This document shows positions 13,007 through 26,570 of a stretch of 64,000 nucleotides of DNA, in pieces; position 1 is the first letter of the stretch; the number at the start of each line of letters is the position of its first letter. The position numbers were made by a program, and so were the translations under genes. Origin of the DNA: Camelus dromedarius (Eukaryota); NCBI RefSeq assembly GCF_036321535.1, contig NC_087437.1:11224001-11288000 (forward strand), in the 5' to 3' direction. The notes beneath the pieces are model-generated. The model searched no databases and had not been told where the DNA came from. It saw nothing but the letters and a program-made list of their open reading frames with translations.

Positions 13007-16000
13007 CAGTTTTTTTGAGATATAATTGACATACAGCACTGTGTAAGTTTAAGGTGCACAGCGTAGTGATTTGACTTACATACATCATGAAATGATTATC
13101 ACAGTAAACTAAGTGAACATCCATCATCTCACATAGATACAAAATTAAAGAAGTAGAAAACAAATTTTCCTTTGTGTTGAGAACCCTTAGGATATGCTCT
13201 TAACAGCATTCATATATAACATGTAGCAGTGTTAATTATATTTACATTACATCCTTAGTACTTATGTATCTTATAACTGCAAGTTTGTACCTCTTAATCT
13301 CCCTCACCTATTTCATTCCTCCCCCACCACCTCCCTTCTGTAAACTAGTTGTTTTTTCTCTGTGTAACTCTGTTTTTGTCTTGTTTTGTTTGTTCATTTG
13401 TTTTTTGTTAGATTCCACATATAAGTGAAATCACACAGTATTTGTCTTTCTCTGACTTATTTCACTTAGCATAATATCCTCTAGGTCCATTCAAGTGGTC
13501 GCAAATGGCAAGATTTCATTCTTTTCATGGCTGAGTAATATTCCATTTTGTATATGTGTACACCACATCTTCTTTGTCTATTGATCTATTGATGGGCACT
13601 TGGGTTGCTTCCATACAATAGCCAAGGCTATCATAAATAATGCTGTAATGACTATAGGGGTGCATATATTTTTTTCTAATTAGTGCTTTTATTTTCTTTG
13701 AGTAAATACCCAAAAGTGGAATTGCTGGGTCATATATTAGTTCTATTTAAAAAAATTTAAGGAATCTCCATACTGTTTTCCAGAGTGGCTGCTCCAATTT
13801 ATATTCCCACCAAGAGTACATGAGAGTTCCCTTTTCTCCACATCCTTGTCAACATTTGTGATTGCTGTCTTTTGGATAATAGCTATTCTGACAGATGTGA
13901 GGTGATATCACATTGTGGTTTTGGTTTGCAGTTCGTGATGATTAATGATATTGAGCATCTTTTCATGTGCCTTTTGGCCATCTGTATGTCTTCTTTGGAA
14001 AACCGTGTATTCAGATCCTCTGCCCATTTTTAAATAGGGGTTGCTTGTTTTTTTAAATAATGAGTTGTATGTATTCTTGTATATTTTGAATATTAACCCT
14101 TTATTGGATACCTTGTTTGCAAATATCTTCTCCCATTTGGTGGGTGGCTTTTTCATTTGTTAATAGTTTCCTTCACTGTGCAAGAGCTTTTAAGTTTGAT
14201 GTAGTCCCATTTGTTTATTTTTGCTTTTGTTTCTCTTTCCTGAGGAGATACATCCAAAAAAATATTACAAAGACTGATGTCAAAGAGCTTACCGCCTATG
14301 TTTTCTTCTAGGAGGTCTTTCTTCTTTCAGGTCTTGCATTTAAGTCTTTAATCCATTTTGAATTTATTTTTGTGCATGGTGTAAGAAAGTAGTCCAGTTT
14401 CATTCTTTTGCATGTAGCTGTAAGTCTTATTGTAGAGGCTGTCTTTTCCCCATTGTATATGCTTTCCTCCTTTGCCATAGATTAGCTGCCAGTAAGTGTG
14501 TGGGTTTATTTCTGGGCTCTCTACTCTGTTCCATTGATCTATTTGTCCGTTTTTGTGCCAGTACAATACTGTTTTGATAAGTGTAGCTTTGTGATATAGC
14601 TTGAAATCAGGGAACATCATGCCTCCAGCTTTGTTCTTTCTCAAGTTTGGTTTGACTATTTGGGGTCTTTTCGTTTTCCATAAAAATTTTAGAATTATTT
14701 GTTCTAATGCCATCAATATTTTGGTAGGGATTGCTTCAAGTCTGTAGGTCACCTTGGTTAGTGTGGTCATTTTAACAGTATTAATTCCTCTAATCCACAA
14801 ATATCATATATCTTGTCATCTGTGTTATCTTCAATTTCTTTCATGAGTGTTTTGTAGTTTTCCAGGAGCAGATATTTTACCTCCTTAGTTCGATTTGTTC
14901 CTAGAGATTTCATCCTTTTTGATATGATTGTGAATAGGATTGTTTCCTTTCTTTCTCTTCCTGATAGTTCATTGTTGTAGTAGTTCATATAGAAATGTAA
15001 CAAATTTCTGTATATTAATTTTGTATCTTGCAACTTTACTGAATTCATTGATAAGAAGTTCTAGTAGTTTTGTTTTTCGGTGGCATATTTTGGATTTTCT
15101 TTGTACACTGTCACATCATCTGCAAATAGTGACAGTTTTACTTCTTCTTTTTGCAATTTGGATTTTCAAAATTTCCTTTTCATGTCTGATAGCTCTGGCT
15201 TGGACTTCCAATACTACCTTGAATAAAAGTGGCTGGAGTGGGCATCCTTGTCTTGGTCCTGATCTTGCTTTAAGTTTTTTACTGTTGGGTATGATGTTAG
15301 CTGTGGGCTTGTCATAGATGGCCTTCATTGTGTTGAGGAATGTTCCCTCTATACCAATTTTGTTCAGAATTTTTATCATACATGGATGCTGAACTTAGTA
15401 AGAAGCTTTTTCTGAATCTATTGAGATGATCATATGATTTTTATTCTTCAGTTTGTTAGTGTGGTGCATCACATTGACTGATTTGAGGATATTGAACTAC
15501 CATCGCATCCCTGGGATGAATCCCGCTTGATTATGGTATATGAAACTTTTAATGTATTGTTGGCTTTTGTTTGCTCATGCTTTGTTGAGGATTTCTGCAC
15601 CTGTGGTTTTTTTTTTTTAATTAAAAAAATTTATTGAAATATAGTCAGTTTACAATGTTGTGTCCATTTCTGGTGCAGCATAATCTTTTCAGTCATGCAT
15701 ATACACACATATATTCTTTTTCATATTGTTTTTCATTATAGGTTACTACAAGATATTGAATATAGTTCCCTGTGCTATATAGTAGAAATTTGTTTATCTA
15801 TTTTATATATAGTAGTTAGTATCTGCAAATCTTGAACTCCCAGTTTATTCCCTCCCACCCCCTTTCCTCCCTGGTAAACATAAATTTGTTTTCTATGTCT
15901 GTGAGTCTGTTTCTGTTTTGTAAATAAGTTCATTTGTATCATTTTTTTTTTTAGATTCCACATATGAGTGATATCATATGGTATTTTTCTTTCTTTTTCT

Positions 16001-17904
16001 GGCTTTCTTCACTTAGAATGATGATCTCTAGGTCCATCCATGTTGCTGCAAATGGCATTATTTTATTCTTTTTTAGTGACTGAGTAGTATTCCATTGTAT
16101 ATATATTCCACAGCTTCTTTATCCAGTCATCTGTCGATGGACATTTAGGTTGCTTCCATGTCTTGGCTTTTGTAACTAGTGCTGCTATAAACATTGGGGT
16201 GCATGTATGTTTCTGAGTTAGAGTTTCCTTCAGGTGTGGGATTGCTGGATCTATGGTAAGTTTATTTTTGGTTCTTTGAGGAATCTCCATACTGTTTTCC
16301 ATTCTGGCTGCATCAAACTACTTTCCCACCAAAGGTGTAGGAGGGTTCTGTTTTCTCCACACCCTCTCCAGCATTCATTGTTTGTGGACTTTTTCATGAT
16401 GGCCATTCTGACTGGTGTGAAGTGAGACCTCATTGTAGTTTTGATTTGCATTGCTCTGATAATTAGAAATATTGAGCATTTTTTCATGTGCTTATTGGCC
16501 ATTCATATGTCTTCATTGGAGAAATGGTTGTTTAGGTCTTCTGCCCATTTTTGAGTTAGGTTGTTTGTTTTTTGTTATTAGGTTTTGTATGAACTATTTA
16601 TATATTCTGGAAATTAAGCCTTTGCCAGTTGCATCATTTGCAAATATTTTCTCTCATTCTGTAGGCTGTCTTTTCATTTTGTTTATAATTTCCTTTTCTG
16701 CGCAAAAGCTTATAAGTTTAATTAGGTCCCATTTGTTAATTTTTGCTTTTATTTCTATTGCCTGGGTAGACTGCCCTAGGAGAACATTTCTAAAATTTAT
16801 GTCAGAAAATGTTTTGGCTATGATTTCTTCCAGGAAGTTTATAGTGTCTTGTCTTATATTTAAGTCTTTAAGCCATTTTGAGTTTATTTTTGTGTATACT
16901 GTGAGAGAGTGTTCATTGATTTACATGCTGCTATCCAGTTTTCCCAACACCACTTGGTAAAGAGACTGTCCTTTCTCCATTGTATATTCTTGCCTCCTTT
17001 GTCGAAGATTAATTGACCATATGTCTGTGGGTTTATTTCTGGGCTCTCTGTTCTGTTCCATTGATCCGTATGTCTGTTTTTGTGCCAATACCTGCATTTT
17101 TGTTTACCAGTGGTATTGGCCTGTCATTTTCTTTTTTGTGTGTGATATCTTTGTCTGGTTCTGGTATCTGGGTGATGCTGGCCTTGCAGAATGAATTAGG
17201 AAGCATTCCTCCCTCTGCAGTTTTTTGGAATAGTTTGAAAGGGATAGGTGTTAACTGTTCTCTCAGTGTTTGATAGAACTCACCTGTAAAGTCAGCATCA
17301 ATGTCTTCATGGTAAGAACCAGCTCCACAAAATGACTGCCACCAGTGTCTCTCCCCAGAGTGAGCTCCAGTTGCCTCCTGCCTCTCCAGGAGGCTCTCCA
17401 AGATTAGCAGGTGGGTCTGATCAGGCTCCTTTCAAATTTCTGCTTCTGCTCTGAGTCCCGGAGTGTGTGAGATTTTGTGTGTGTTCTTTAAGAGCGGAGT
17501 CTCTTTCTCACAGCCCTCTGGCTCTCCTGCAAGTCCGTCCCACTGACCTTCGAAGCCAAGTGTTTTGGGAGCTCATCTTCCCGGTCCAGGACTTCCAGGC
17601 TGGAGGGCCCGCTGTGGCTCGGACCCCTCGATCCTTGGGCTGAACCTCTAAAATTGTGATTATGCTCCCCTTTGTGAGTCACCTGCCCTGGAGTATGAGT
17701 CTTGACTATGCCATGTCTCCACCCCTCCTGCCCATCTTGTTATGGTTCCTTCTTTATGTCTTTAGTTATAAATAAGATCTTTTCTGCTAGTCCTCTGTCC
17801 TTTCTCATCATTTGTTGCACTGTCAATAGTAGTAATTCTGGTGTGCCCATGGGAGGAGGTGAGCTCAGGGTCTTCCTCCTCTGCCATCTTGGCTGCACCT
17901 CTGG
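13007..17904 (-). mobile_element. L1 (L1MA9-like 3' end) with 5'UTR, internal deletion, nested younger L1 and TSD
   Basis: 5'UTR at 17892-17290 fused to the ORF2 RT region (FTGEFYQTLREQLTPIPFKLFQK); ORF2 3' half at 15600-13500; TSD aatgttcat..tcttt at 12991-13006 and 17905-17919. Confidence 0.9.
15607..17090 (-). mobile_element. Younger 5'-truncated L1 nested in the older L1
   Basis: Own polyT and 3'UTR at 15607. Host ORF2 resumes at about 17092. Degenerate TSD ctgcacctgtggttt/ctgcatttttgttt. Confidence 0.9.
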
Positions 17905-18124
17905 AATGTTCATGTCTTTTAAAGATATATGTATTGCATGGAATACATAGCAGTGAAATGATATGACATATGCTATTTACTTTTAAACAGTTCTGAAAAA
18001 AAATGCTGGTTAAGCCAATGTGGCAAAATCTTGAAAATTATTGATGCTGGGTGATGAATTTATGGGCGTTTTCTGTATTACTCTCCCTGATTTTACAATG
18101 TTTGAAAATTTTCATAATGAAATA

Positions 18125-18876
18125 GGATCTATCCAAAATGTGGCCACTTCTTAGTCCAAGCCACCAGCCTCTCTCTTTGGCAGCAGTCTCCTAACACATT
18201 TCCCTGCTTCTCCCCTTCCCTGCCTAAAGTCTCATCTCAGTACGGCAGCCAGAGCGAGCCTTTGAAATAGAAGTTAAACCATGACATTCCTCTGCACAGA
18301 GTCTTCCAGTGGCTCTCAGCCTTTGGAAGAATGCTCTTCACTGGGTGGCCACCAGCGCTCTCCTGCGTTACCTCCCTGCCCCCATCCCAGAGTCCCCTCT
18401 CCTGGCTCACTCTGCACCCACCTTGCTGGCCCCCTTGTTATTCTTTGGACATCTCCAGCAGGCTCTCCCTTCAGGGCCTTTCCGCTTCCCGTTCCCTTTT
18501 CCTGGGTTGCTCTCCTGTAGGACGTCCATCTAGCTTCTCCTTTCGCCTCCCCAGATCTTCACTCAAGTGTCACTTTCTCAATGAGGCCAACCCAGGTGAT
18601 CATCTCTAAAGCTGTACCCTTGTCTTCGAATCCTGGGCATACCCTCGCCCCCTTTTCCTGAGCTAATTTTATTCACAGCGCTCCCCTTTATTTGACATAC
18701 TGTGTGTTTCATCCATATGTTCTTCTGTTGATTGTCTTCACCCTCAAGAATGAGAACAGAGATTTTTGTCTGTTTTTTTCTGTTGTTGTTGTTCCTGGCT
18801 TCAGCCTCAGTGTGCTTAGAACAGTGCCTGGCACCTACGAGATGCTCAATATTTGAAAAAATATTGTTGAGTGAAT
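18125..18876 (+). mobile_element. L2 (LINE2) 3' fragment
   Basis: Pyrimidine-rich L2 body ending gcttagaacagtgcctggcacctacgagatgctcaatatt...gttgagtgaat. Confidence 0.75.
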
Positions 18877-19064
18877 CTCATTTATTTTGCATCTTTAATG
18901 CAAGGAAGTATGTATTACTGGAGGAGGGGGCATGACCATGGGGCAGAAGAAAGGTCTTGACTCAGAGTGGGTTGCTCTGAATTTCAGATCTGCTATTTCC
19001 TAGCCAGAAATGTGCCTTTGGAAAAGGCACGTATCCTTTCTGAGCCTCAATTTTTTCATCTTTG

Positions 19065-19205
19065 CTTTTTTTTTTTTTTTAATTGAAGTACAGTCAATTA
19101 TAATGTGTCAATTTCTGGTGTACAGCACAATGTCCCAATCATGCATTTACATACATATATTAATTTTCATATTTTCTCCCCATTAAAGGTTATTACAAGA
19201 TATTG
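19065..19205 (-). mobile_element. Very short L1 3' end inserted into a MIR
   Basis: PolyT plus aattgaagtacagtcaatt. 17-bp TSD caattt(t/g)ttcatctttg at 19048-19064 and 19206-19222. Confidence 0.88.
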
Positions 19206-20690
19206 CAATTTGTTCATCTTTGAAGTGGGGAGGACACTAGTCACTTCTACTGTCTATGATTATTATTAGGATCAAAGTGCAAATAACTACTCAAGTGTTC
19301 AGAATCATTACTAGCAGTTATATATCAATATTTATCACTTATTGAACACATAATATGCTCCAGGCTCTGTGATGATAGTTTAATATATAGAGTATAAATA
19401 TACAATTTCATTTAATTTTTGCAACAACCATGTGAGCTGAGTTAAAAAGAATTATACAGATGAGGAAACTGAGACAGGGGAGTTAAAATGAGTTTGTCCC
19501 AGGTCACATATAGTTAAGTGGCAGATCAGATATTTTATTTAGAAAGACATTGTGTTGCCTGAATCTTTTACAAGTGTGTTTCCAGGCACTACATACATAA
19601 TAAAAGCAAATAGAATAAAGCCCAAAGCTTCCCCAAGGGACCCATTGAGCTGGGGTGAAATCCCTCTAGATTTCTGACTCTCATCTAAAACCTTGTGCAT
19701 CCCTTGTGGGTTGGAGCAGAGGTTTCTAAGCAGAAGGTCTTATAAAACACCCCTGCCCCCAACCCTTCTGACTATCTACTGCACACAGAGATATGTGCAG
19801 CAAATGATGTATGAAAAACGTTTGTCATGGGTCTTTGTTTTCAATGAATGTGCAATTGGAAAGGCAAAATATATAATACAAAGTAAATATTAATATACTT
19901 GGATGAGATCTTAGCACGGGAACTTTACCAGCCTTTCTTCTCTGCTGTGTAAAATGTAGAATTTGGACCAGAAAATCTCTAAGGGGTCTTTAGTTTAGAT
20001 ATTTAGGAATTCTGTTATTTTTGTTGTGGGCTGTTCAAGATTCTAAAAAAATCATGAAGGGCCAGGCCTGGTATTAGACACCAAGTCGCAGGGACCCAGG
20101 ATAGAATTCAACATACCTTTGGATCACTTGGGAAATATTTCTGTATATACAAAAGTACATGTATTCTCCTTGAATATAAGATTAAGGAAGGTGACTGGAT
20201 AATTACATTTTTATATAATTCTCAGCTTAAAAGCAGGAAGTACCAATGGAGAAAGAAAAGGAACAAAAAAAACAGTGAACTCTGAAAAGCTTACACACAA
20301 TCAAGGCAAATGCACTCTGCTGACTACAGACTCTCACTCTCTGACTAAATAGTCAAACACTTAGGAGAGACTCAGGGCCAGCTGCACGTAGAGATGGCTT
20401 TTTGCCTACTCGGTTGGGCTGAAAGCTTTCGGACAAGTGCTCAGGGCTTACAGATGAGAGGAAAGCAATGGATGGAGCACATGAGGGAGTAGTTAAAAGC
20501 AGAGGCATGGAGTAAACAAGTTTTCAACAAGACACTCTCATTGTTGAGAAGCCACTCCAGGCAAACCCTGCCTTTTACTTCCAGTGCACCACCGTGGGAC
20601 ACTTTAGGAAATAAAAAGGACCAGCAAAAGTAAACATTGAACCACAGCGCTCTTCACATATACCAGCTTCCTGTTCCTTTCTAGCCATGA

Positions 20691-21220
20691 ATTTTTTTTT
20701 ACTGAAGTATAGTTAGTTTACAATGTTGTGTCAATTTCTGGTGTACAGCACAATGCTTCAGTCATATAGGAACATACATATATTCGTTTTCATATTCTTT
20801 TTCACCATAGGTTATTATAAGATACTGAATATAGTTACCTGTGCTGTACAGTATAAGCTTGTTGTTTATCTCTTTTGTGTATATTAGTTAGTATCTGCAA
20901 ATCTAGAACTCCCAATTTATCCCTTCCCACTCTCTTCCCCCCACTGGTAACCATAAGTTTGTTTTCTATGTCTGAGTCTGTTCTGTTTTGTAAATAAGTT
21001 CGTTTTGTCTTTTTTTTTTTTTTAGATTCCACATGTAAGTGGTATCATATGGTATTTTTCTTTCTTTTTCTGTCTTACTTTACTTAGAATGATAATCTCC
21101 AGGTCCATCCATGTTGCTGCAAATGACATGATTTCATTCTTTTTTATGACTGAGTAGTATTCCATTGTATAAATATACCACAGCATCTTTTATCCAGTCA
21201 TCTGTCGATGGACACTTAGA
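20691..21220 (-). mobile_element. Younger L1 3' fragment with TSD
   Basis: L1 3'UTR; TSD tct(a/t)gccatga at 20680-20690 and 21221-21231. Confidence 0.9.
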
Positions 21221-22494
21221 TCTTGCCATGATGTTTTAATCTACAAGGGCTCTGTGTTATAACATGAAAATGATGTTCTGCTTCCCCATTGTAAAGTAGC
21301 GCAAACTTGAAGAAGTATCTCTGGAAGAGGCAGGACAGCAAAGGAGTGAGTAAAGGTCGGAACTCTGGCAGGCTTAGTGTGTACCCTTGGGCATAAAACT
21401 TAACCTCTCTGAGCCTCAGTTTTCTCATCTGTGAAGTGGAGATAATAATGGTAACTACCTTGTAGAATTGTCATGAGGACTGAGGATAATACATTTCAAG
21501 TGTTTAATTGCAGACCTGGAACACTGTAATACTCTCTGAGTCAACAATAGATATAACTACAATTTTATAAATAATGGTAACTTCAAAACATTTTTTTTAT
21601 TTTGAAAATTGCTTTGGTATAGAAATACCAGACAATTCTTCTTCAGCAATTGTAGAGAGTAGTTTTTGGTTCCTTTCCTCTGTGACTTTGGGAATCTTTA
21701 GATGTAGTCTGAAAATTACCCTTGGAAGGACTAACTCATGGATGGCTCTCCCCTGTCCCCCTGCCTCCTGTGGGTGCAGCCACCCTCCAGCCCTCCACTT
21801 CAGCACCATTTCCTTCAGCTCACCCCTACTTCTTTCATAGCTCTTACCATAGTTGTAATTGCATGGTGATTTGTGCCATGATTTGTTGAAAGTTAAAAAC
21901 ATGACTTTCATCGAAATGTACAGTGAGTATATGTCAAAGATTTAACGCAGGAGACTAGAAGCACGACGGGGCTGGTTCTCAGAGGTTGGTCAGTTGGGAA
22001 AGGCGTGTTGTAGCAAGTTTGCTACACTATAAGCAAAATAGGCTAATGCTAAACAGGCCAGTACAACTAGAGCCTCTGGAGTTATTTTTTGTACCAGACA
22101 AAAATCATTTGCCTCTCCACCAGACAAAAGTCTAAGTCTACAGGTTAACATATAGCTTCACAGGGGTGGCTTGTATCAATGGTAAATAATAAATCAAATA
22201 AAGGTACCTTCTACTAAAGAATGAAATAACCCCTGGGGTGGGGGCAGGGGCTGTTCAGCAAAGCCTCCATAGGACTTTGAGAAGACATGCCACCATCTTT
22301 ATGCCTTATTTCCAGTATTTGGATTACTTTTCTTAACAAATGCCTATGTGCTCATTTTTATTCTTTAAAGCAATGTACTTACTACTTTTAATGGTGAAGC
22401 ATTTCTCATGAAAACCAAGAATGAGAAAGCCCATTTACAAAATCATTATTTAGGAGTTCTGGCCAATACAATAAAATTAAAAATAAATGCAGTT

Positions 22495-22590
22495 GGGGAG
22501 GGGAGAGGATAGCTCAGTGGTAGAGCACATGCTTAGCATGCATGAGGTCCTGGGTTCAATCCCCGGTACCTCCATTAAAAAAAGTAAAAC
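22495..22590 (+). mobile_element. tRNA-Ala-derived SINE, short form (head plus A-tail)
   Basis: atagctcagtggtagagcacatgcttagcatgcatgaggtcctgggttcaatccccggtacctcca; TSD-like aaatgca(gt/ac)tgg. Confidence 0.88.
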
Positions 22591-22799
22591 AAAATGCAAC
22601 TGGCAGGAAGACAGAGTTTTCATAGTGGTGCTAAATAAAAATTAATAAAACTAAAAATACGCCATGTTATTGGTGAAAAGACAATAAAAGAAAAATACTG
22701 TTACTATAGTTGCTGTTTTACTTGTAATTTTATCTGAAAGAACAAGCAAGCAAAGTAGACAAGAAAATTCACAGAGCATAATACAAAATAGTATTTTAT

Positions 22800-22977
22800 A
22801 AAAAAATTTGCTTTTGATTGAAGTGTAGTTGATTTACAGTGTTAGTTTCATGTGCACAGCAAAGCAGTTCAGTTATACATATACATACATCTATATATTT
22901 TCTTTTCAGATTCTTTTCCATTATATGTTATTACACGAAGTTGAATATAGTTCCCTGTGCTAGACAGTAGGTCCTTG
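22800..22977 (-). mobile_element. Short L1 3' end with TSD
   Basis: TSD acaaaatagtatt at 22783-22795 and 22978-22990. Confidence 0.88.
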
Positions 22978-23414
22978 ACAAAATAGTATTCTTGACAGAT
23001 ATTCAAATGTTTGTAAACAAAACAAAGTGACGTTGCCTTAAAAATACTGAGATAACAATAGAAAGACAGAGAAGGTCCCTGACAGGGCTCACCTCCAGCA
23101 GCACGTAAGCTCCATGAGGCTGGGACTATGTGGTCTTGTATTCCCAGCCTTGCACAGCGCTTGGGGGTCTAAACCAAGCCTCTGGGTTTGGGTGAGGCCT
23201 GTGATGTCTCTGTTGTAATGTCTTGCTGGCTGTGCCCTCTGGGGTGTGCCTGGGTCCCCTGACCGGAGCCAATCCCCACAGCTGAGTTGCTCCTCTAAAC
23301 CCACTTCTTGTGTCCTAGATTTTATTTTGGATTTTATTTTGGTAATAACAAAGGAGTAAATTTTTTTTTATTTAGGACAATAATCCAGTGATTCCTTTAG
23401 TACCATTATTAAAA

Positions 23415-23595
23415 AGTTGAAGTATAGTCAGCCTACAGTGTTGTGTCAATTTCTGGTGTACAGCATAATAGGTCAGTCATATATATACATACATATATTC
23501 ATTTTCATATTCTTTTTCAGTACAGGTTACTATAAGACATTGAATATAGATCCCTGTGCTTACAGTAGAAAGTTGTTTACCTATTTTATATATAG
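23415..23595 (-). mobile_element. Short L1 3' end
   Basis: ttgaagtatagtcagcctacagtgttgtgtcaatttctggtgtacagc, as in the other copies. Confidence 0.85.
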
Positions 23596-25419
23596 ACTCA
23601 CCTTACTGTCATGATTTTATCAAGATTTACCAAAAACAGTTAAGGAGATGTAAATAAGAGGTTAAAGGGAAGATGTCATTTGTGTTTATGTAGTGCTTTA
23701 TTTAGATAGTCTCATCTGATATATTCGCAGCCCTGGAAAGTGTCAGGTGTGGCATTTTATTTTACCCTGCTGACAAGTTAAGGCTGACCTGTTAATGTTT
23801 AAAATGAACTTTCCAGGGAGCATTAGTCTCTTATTTCTGATGCTAGCTGATGGGACTTCTAGGTCAGAGACAAAGGATTTTATTACTCACATTGCAGGAA
23901 AGAGCATACGCATCAGCACTTTGGGTCAGTTCCTTTTGCTCCCCGAGATCCAGCAGGGCCAGTGGATGCAGCACCAGATAGATATTGGATACATTGGTCT
24001 GGTGGGTTTGTGTCGTAGCTGGGAAACCCTGAGCTCTGGGAACCTTCACAGCAAGTCATGAGCAATCATGCTCTTAGTTCCAGAGGGAGACCTGGTCACC
24101 CCTCAAGGCTGGTCCCTGCAGGTACAGGCCTGGGAAGTGGCCCAGGTCAAGAGTGGTCAGGGTCTTTCCTTCTTGGCACACTCTGCATGCTGTGTGAGAG
24201 GGCAGAGACTCGTGGAGAATTGTCTCTCCCGACACAAAATACATACTACTATTCCCATCTCACAAACGAGAAATGTGGGGCAAGAGAAAGTCAAACAAAT
24301 TGTCCAAGGACACAAGAGGCACTAAGGCGTCAAATTCATGTATATATTCAGAAACCCATGGTCTTCCCACCATATGCTGCTGCCCGCTGGGAAGGCTGTT
24401 GGCAAAATAATTATAACACCACATTGATTTTTTTACTGTGAATCAATAAGATAACAAATGCAAACTTGGTATTAAAAAATTACCAGGAGGTGGTGGGATC
24501 TCTGATGGATATGTAAAGATATTTATTCATCCAGTCATTTATGAATCTTAGTACAAGCATTCTATGTATCTACTCTATGGTAGGAAAAGATGCAGAGAAC
24601 GAAGGAGGAGAAAAATGAAAAAAAGGAATACACTGCTGCTGAGTGGAATGTCTCAGTGCCACTTAGCATGATGGTGTTCTAAATTTTCAAAGTCAAAATT
24701 TAAGAACTTTGACATCCAGAAAGGGTATTTTTCCTGAAGCCCCCAATCACTTGCAATTGAAAGTCACTTCAGTCTTTTGCTTGTGACCTCTCTGGATCTT
24801 TGGTTTTGTTGAAGTTTAACTGAGGCAGTGTCTGTGGAAATTTATTACTGCATTAAACAAGGAGATACATTTTGATTCAGAAAAAAACTTCATCTCTTTT
24901 TTAAGGTCCAAAAGTTAAAAGACACTTTCGAATAAATTTTAACGTGATTCATCAGAAAGAGTCTTTCAATGTGAACTCTCTACTCATATAAAAGGACAAA
25001 CTTGTTAAGTTCTCAAATGTCTCCAGGAAGATGGTTTCTGGTACAAGTTGAGAATGAAAAAACATTTAACCCTTTTGACATCACTTATCTAAACACAACA
25101 TGTATCAAAAACAATTATGGTTGTAGGCCTTGGAGCAGAGAAATTCTCAGCTTCCAGAAAGCCTAGGGAAAATGTTATTTAAGTGTAAGACTCATCCATC
25201 TGCCCCATCCCCATCTCTTCTATTGATCTGATCTTAGGATTTTATATTCCTTTTGGATTGACCCCTAGAGATCTTTGTCTGGAGTCAAGTCTATGTTGAA
25301 AATTGAAAAGCGATTAATATGCTTGTGTGTCTCTGTGCACATGAACGTCTGGAGGGGTGTTTATCCACCAAATGTTGACCGTGGTTGTTGGTTCCTTTGG
25401 TCTGCTGGGCCTTTCTGCT

Positions 25420-26010
25420 CATTCATTCGACAGTTATATCCTGAGTGATGAGATATGCCAGGCACTCCCTGACACTAGGGATTTAGCAGTGAACCAAGTA
25501 AATTTCCTTCTTTCATGGTGTTTACCTCCTAGCAGATGATTTAAAAAAAAGACAAAAAAATGAAAACTTATTATGTTAGATCATGATAAGTGAAGAAAAA
25601 CAAACTAGAACAAAGCCGAAAGAGAGTGAAGGAAAGTGATGGGGAGGGAGCTATATTTTATCAGTGAAGAGCGAGACTCTCCCTGATTGGGTGATGTTTG
25701 AGAAGAGACCTGGAGGAGGGAGGGCAGGGCCAGACAGAAGGGCACGCAGGTCCTCAGGTGTGGGTGGCCTCCAGCTTTTCAAGGAGCAGAAGCTTGGTCA
25801 GTATGTCCAGGCAGAGTGAGTGAGCTGTGGGCAGAGAGGACAGGGGGGACCTGGGCCCCAAACCACAGAGAGCCCTGCAGGCCACGGTGGGGTGGGATGG
25901 CCTGTCCTTGAGGGACATGGATGCTACTGGGGAATTCTGAGCAGGGAAGTGAATTGATATGATGTATTTGAAAAGAATCATTGCCGTCTGGTCTACAGTT
26001 TGTTTAGAAT
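25420..26010 (-). mobile_element. L2 fragment
   Basis: attcattcgacagttatatcctgagtg...atgccaggcact, followed by the purine-rich L2 antisense body. Confidence 0.7.
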
Positions 26011-26347
26011 ACACTAGACAGTGAGTTCCAACACCAGTGACTTTTATTTCATTAAGGGTTGAAGAAATAAATCACCAGAGTGTTGCTGGGTATATTTAAG
26101 AATTATATTCAGTGCTACAATAGAGTAGTAAGTGACACTTTCCAGAGAAGAACATAACCAAGTAGAGATTTAGGAAGCTTTTTGCCTGTATCTCCCTGAT
26201 GGTTGCAAATCTCTGTTCCCATGTGCAGGTGTATGAAAAATGTAAACATTTTCCCATACGTAGACTCCTAGTGTGAGCTCTGTTCTGCTGGGAGTTCCCT
26301 CTTATTTCTGGGTTTCACATAAGTTAGGTGGCTAGGATGCATTCTCC

Positions 26348-26539
26348 CAGTGATTTTCCAAGGGTGGTGCCCAGACCACATCAGCATTACCTGAGAACTT
26401 GCTGGAAACGCAGGTTCTCAGTCCCCATCCCAGACCCAGGAACTCAGGTGTGGGGCCCAGAAATCTGTACATCAGCAAGCTCTCTAGGTAATTCCAAGGC
26501 CCATTTTTATATATATATATATTTTAATGGAGGTATTGA

Positions 26540-26570
<31 letters not shown>

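Noticed and set aside
14348..15379. Reverse-transcriptase-like ORFs (also at 6223-6641, 16063-16502, 17033-17401 and 42042-42998)
   Set aside because: Fragments of decayed L1 ORF2 with frameshifts and stops; not active or domesticated genes.
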